Positions 61,944-64,000 of a stretch of DNA of 64,000 bases are shown one piece after another. The notes beneath the pieces are model-generated. The model searched no databases. It worked only from the letters and a program-made list of their open reading frames with translations, and was not told the DNA's origin. The DNA lies in assembly GCA_965206745.1 (NCBI GenBank), contig OZ242220.1, forward strand, positions 416,001 through 480,000, given 5' to 3'. A program made the position numbers and the translations under genes. Each line of letters starts with the position of its first letter. Positions within the stretch are counted from its first letter, which is position 1. The stretch is from Nitrosopumilus sp. (GTDB taxonomy: Archaea > Thermoproteota > Nitrososphaeria > Nitrososphaerales > Nitrosopumilaceae).

Positions 61944-62912
61944 ATGCTTCCCTTGTATGGCCAGCGACTTGATGCTAAAGGAATAGTTTCTGATAAAATA
62001 AATTCAACTGACACTCTGCGCGGCTCCTCCACTGTCAAGCGCGGATTTGCACACATGCTCAAAAACGGAGTCGTAATGGATGTCACAACTGTAGAGCAGG
62101 CCCGCATTGCCGAGGAGGCAGGTGCAGTATCTGTCATGGTTCTAGACAAGCTTCCCTCTGAGGTCAGAAAGGCAGGAGGCGTTGCAAGGACTGCAAGTAT
62201 TAGAATAATCGAGGAGATAATGGACTCTGTAACAATTCCTGTCATGGCCAAGTGCAGGATAGGTCACGTCAATGAGGCACTGGTATTGGCAGAGACTGAC
62301 GTTGACATGATTGACGAGTCCGAAGTTCTTACACCTGCCGATGAGCTTCGCCATATTTGGAAGTGGGATTTTACAACACCTGTAGTCAACGGTGCAAGAT
62401 CTTTAGCTGAGGCCCTGAGGAGGATTGAGGAGGGCGCATCAATGATTAGGACAAAGGGTGAGCCTGGAACGGGAAATGTTGCAGAGGCCATCAAGCATAT
62501 TAAAAAAGTAAATGACGAACTAAGAACAATAAGATCAATTTATGATTCTGGGGACAACCAGGATTTGGTCCGGATGGCAAGGGAGTTTAGGGTGTCCTTT
62601 GATATTGTCGAGCAGACTGCAAAGCTTGGACGGCTGCCAGTTGTCAATTTTGCGGCAGGCGGAATCGCAACCCCTGCAGATGCCGCATACCTGATGTCCC
62701 TTGGATGTGACGGGATATTTGTCGGCTCTGGAATATTTGATTCTGATGATGCAAAGGAGAGGGCTCGGGCAATAGTTCTGGCCACCACGTTTTGGAACGA
62801 GTCAGATAAGGTCAAGGAGGCCCAAAAGATGATCGATGAGCGGCAATCCATGGCAGGACTAGACGTTGACACTCTGGAGCTGCGCATGCAGGATCGTGGC
62901 GGTTCGGCATGA
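61944..62912 (+). CDS. pdxS: Pyridoxal 5'-phosphate synthase lyase subunit
   Basis: [39 protein letters not shown]. Confidence 0.97.
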   Translation: MLPLYGQRLDAKGIVSDKINSTDTLRGSSTVKRGFAHMLKNGVVMDVTTVEQARIAEEAGAVSVMVLDKLPSEVRKAGGVARTASIRIIEEIMDSVTIPVMAKCRIGHVNEALVLAETDVDMIDESEVLTPADELRHIWKWDFTTPVVNGARSLAEALRRIEEGASMIRTKGEPGTGNVAEAIKHIKKVNDELRTIRSIYDSGDNQDLVRMAREFRVSFDIVEQTAKLGRLPVVNFAAGGIATPADAAYLMSLGCDGIFVGSGIFDSDDAKERARAIVLATTFWNESDKVKEAQKMIDERQSMAGLDVDTLELRMQDRGGSA

Positions 62913-63526
62913 GTCTGACTGTTGGTGTGCTGTCCATTCAGGGGGACGTTGAGGAGAACATCCTCTCAGCTGAGGCAGCATTTGATGAGCTGGGCATTGA
63001 TGGCAGGGCAGTAGGTGTAAGGACACCTGAGGAGATCTCACAGCTTGATGCCTTGATCATCCCTGGTGGCGAGAGCACTACAATTGGGCAGCTATCCCTG
63101 GCAAACGGCTCCCTTGAGGTGCTAAAGAAAAAGATTCAGGACGGGATGCCGGTCCTTGGAATCTGTGCCGGAATGATCCTACTATCAAACACTGCCAGTG
63201 ACCGCATAATTGGCAAGACTGATCAGCCGCTGCTGAACATTCTGGATGTAACCTTGGAGAGAAACTCGTTTGGACGACAAAAAGAGTCCTTTGAGGCAGA
63301 GATCTCAATCGACTCGATTAGCATCCCCCGGTTCAACGGGGTGTTTATCAGGGCGCCATCCGTATCTGATGTCGGCCCCGGTGTGGAGGTTTTATCAAAA
63401 TTCAACGAGCGGATAGTTGCAGTCAAAAAGGGAAACGTGGTTGGCACTGCCTTTCATCCCGAACTGACTGCAGATGCCTCGCTGCACAAGTATTTTATCA
63501 GCCTGATAGATACGCCAAAAAGTTGA
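62909..63526 (+). CDS. pdxT: Pyridoxal 5'-phosphate synthase glutaminase subunit
   Basis: PGGESTT, GICAG, RNSFGRQ, FIRAP, FHPE. Confidence 0.96.
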   Translation: MSLTVGVLSIQGDVEENILSAEAAFDELGIDGRAVGVRTPEEISQLDALIIPGGESTTIGQLSLANGSLEVLKKKIQDGMPVLGICAGMILLSNTASDRIIGKTDQPLLNILDVTLERNSFGRQKESFEAEISIDSISIPRFNGVFIRAPSVSDVGPGVEVLSKFNERIVAVKKGNVVGTAFHPELTADASLHKYFISLIDTPKS

Positions 63527-63534
63527 TTGTATAA

Positions 63535-64000
63535 TCAATCAAGCAGGCTGTGCATGGATCTAAAGTCATCGCTGAATGACTCTAGGGATTTTGGAATCTC
63601 CATTTTAATTGGATCCTTCAGTGAGAGACCCTGGGACTTTTTTGCATTCCACACCTTTGAGTTAAACTCTGAGATCTCCTTTGTAATGTCCCCCTGATCC
63701 TCTAGATTCTCAGGTGTTGCATGCCTCTGCTTGTGAATGCTGTCCTTTGAATACAGCTCCCTCCAAAGGTGATCCGTGATGAACGGGGTGATTGGCGCCA
63801 GTAATTTCAAGATCGTCGAGAGTGTCTTGTGCAGTGCAAATATCGCACCGTCCCTCCCCTCGTCTGTCCCGTGTGCCCTTGCCTTTACCATCTCGATATA
63901 GTGGGCGGCAAACACGTTCCATGTAAACTCCCTGATTGCAATTGCGGGAATGAAAAAGTTATACTCCTCGTATCCCTTCTTGCATTCCCTTACCAGCTTG
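63535..64000 (-). CDS. valS: Valine--tRNA ligase, 3' part (gene starts beyond the window)
   Basis: YEEYNF...FTWNVFAAHYIEMVK, LLAPITPFITDHLW anticodon-binding domain. Confidence 0.85.
   Translation of the reverse strand, partial: KLVRECKKGYEEYNFFIPAIAIREFTWNVFAAHYIEMVKARAHGTDEGRDGAIFALHKTLSTILKLLAPITPFITDHLWRELYSKDSIHKQRHATPENLEDQGDITKEISEFNSKVWNAKKSQGLSLKDPIKMEIPKSLESFSDDFRSMHSLLD

Overview
Archaeal chromosome segment from an ammonia-oxidising archaeon (Nitrosopumilaceae/Nitrosopumilus-like, inferred from gene content and TATA-type promoters). A relatively GC-rich core carries hisS, eif6, two Zfx-type ferredoxins, rfcS, GINS-mcm-hel308, ilvE, fpr, coaD, trpS, pheST, aconitase, pdxST, the 3' end of valS, five tRNAs (one with two introns) and a probable H/ACA guide RNA. 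Four AT-rich accessory blocks interrupt it. (i) ~1.2-6.7 kb: an RHH-like gene, a ParB-like/P-loop NTPase operon with an upstream hexamer array, a Zn-ribbon PD-(D/E)XK nuclease and two nuclease-less Zn-ribbon/SRA-like genes. (ii) ~9-13.6 kb: a DNA methyltransferase, a motif-degenerate partner, and a stand-alone protein that shares the methyltransferase's unusual C-terminal domain, beside a cluster of palindromes. (iii) ~31.7-39.4 kb, between tRNA-Ala and tRNA-Ile: an Avs-like nuclease-STAND NTPase apparently split in two, plus an IS481-like remnant. (iv) ~50.9-56 kb: TIR-like, PIN and Zn-finger genes. All family assignments are from motif recognition by eye; no database searches were run.
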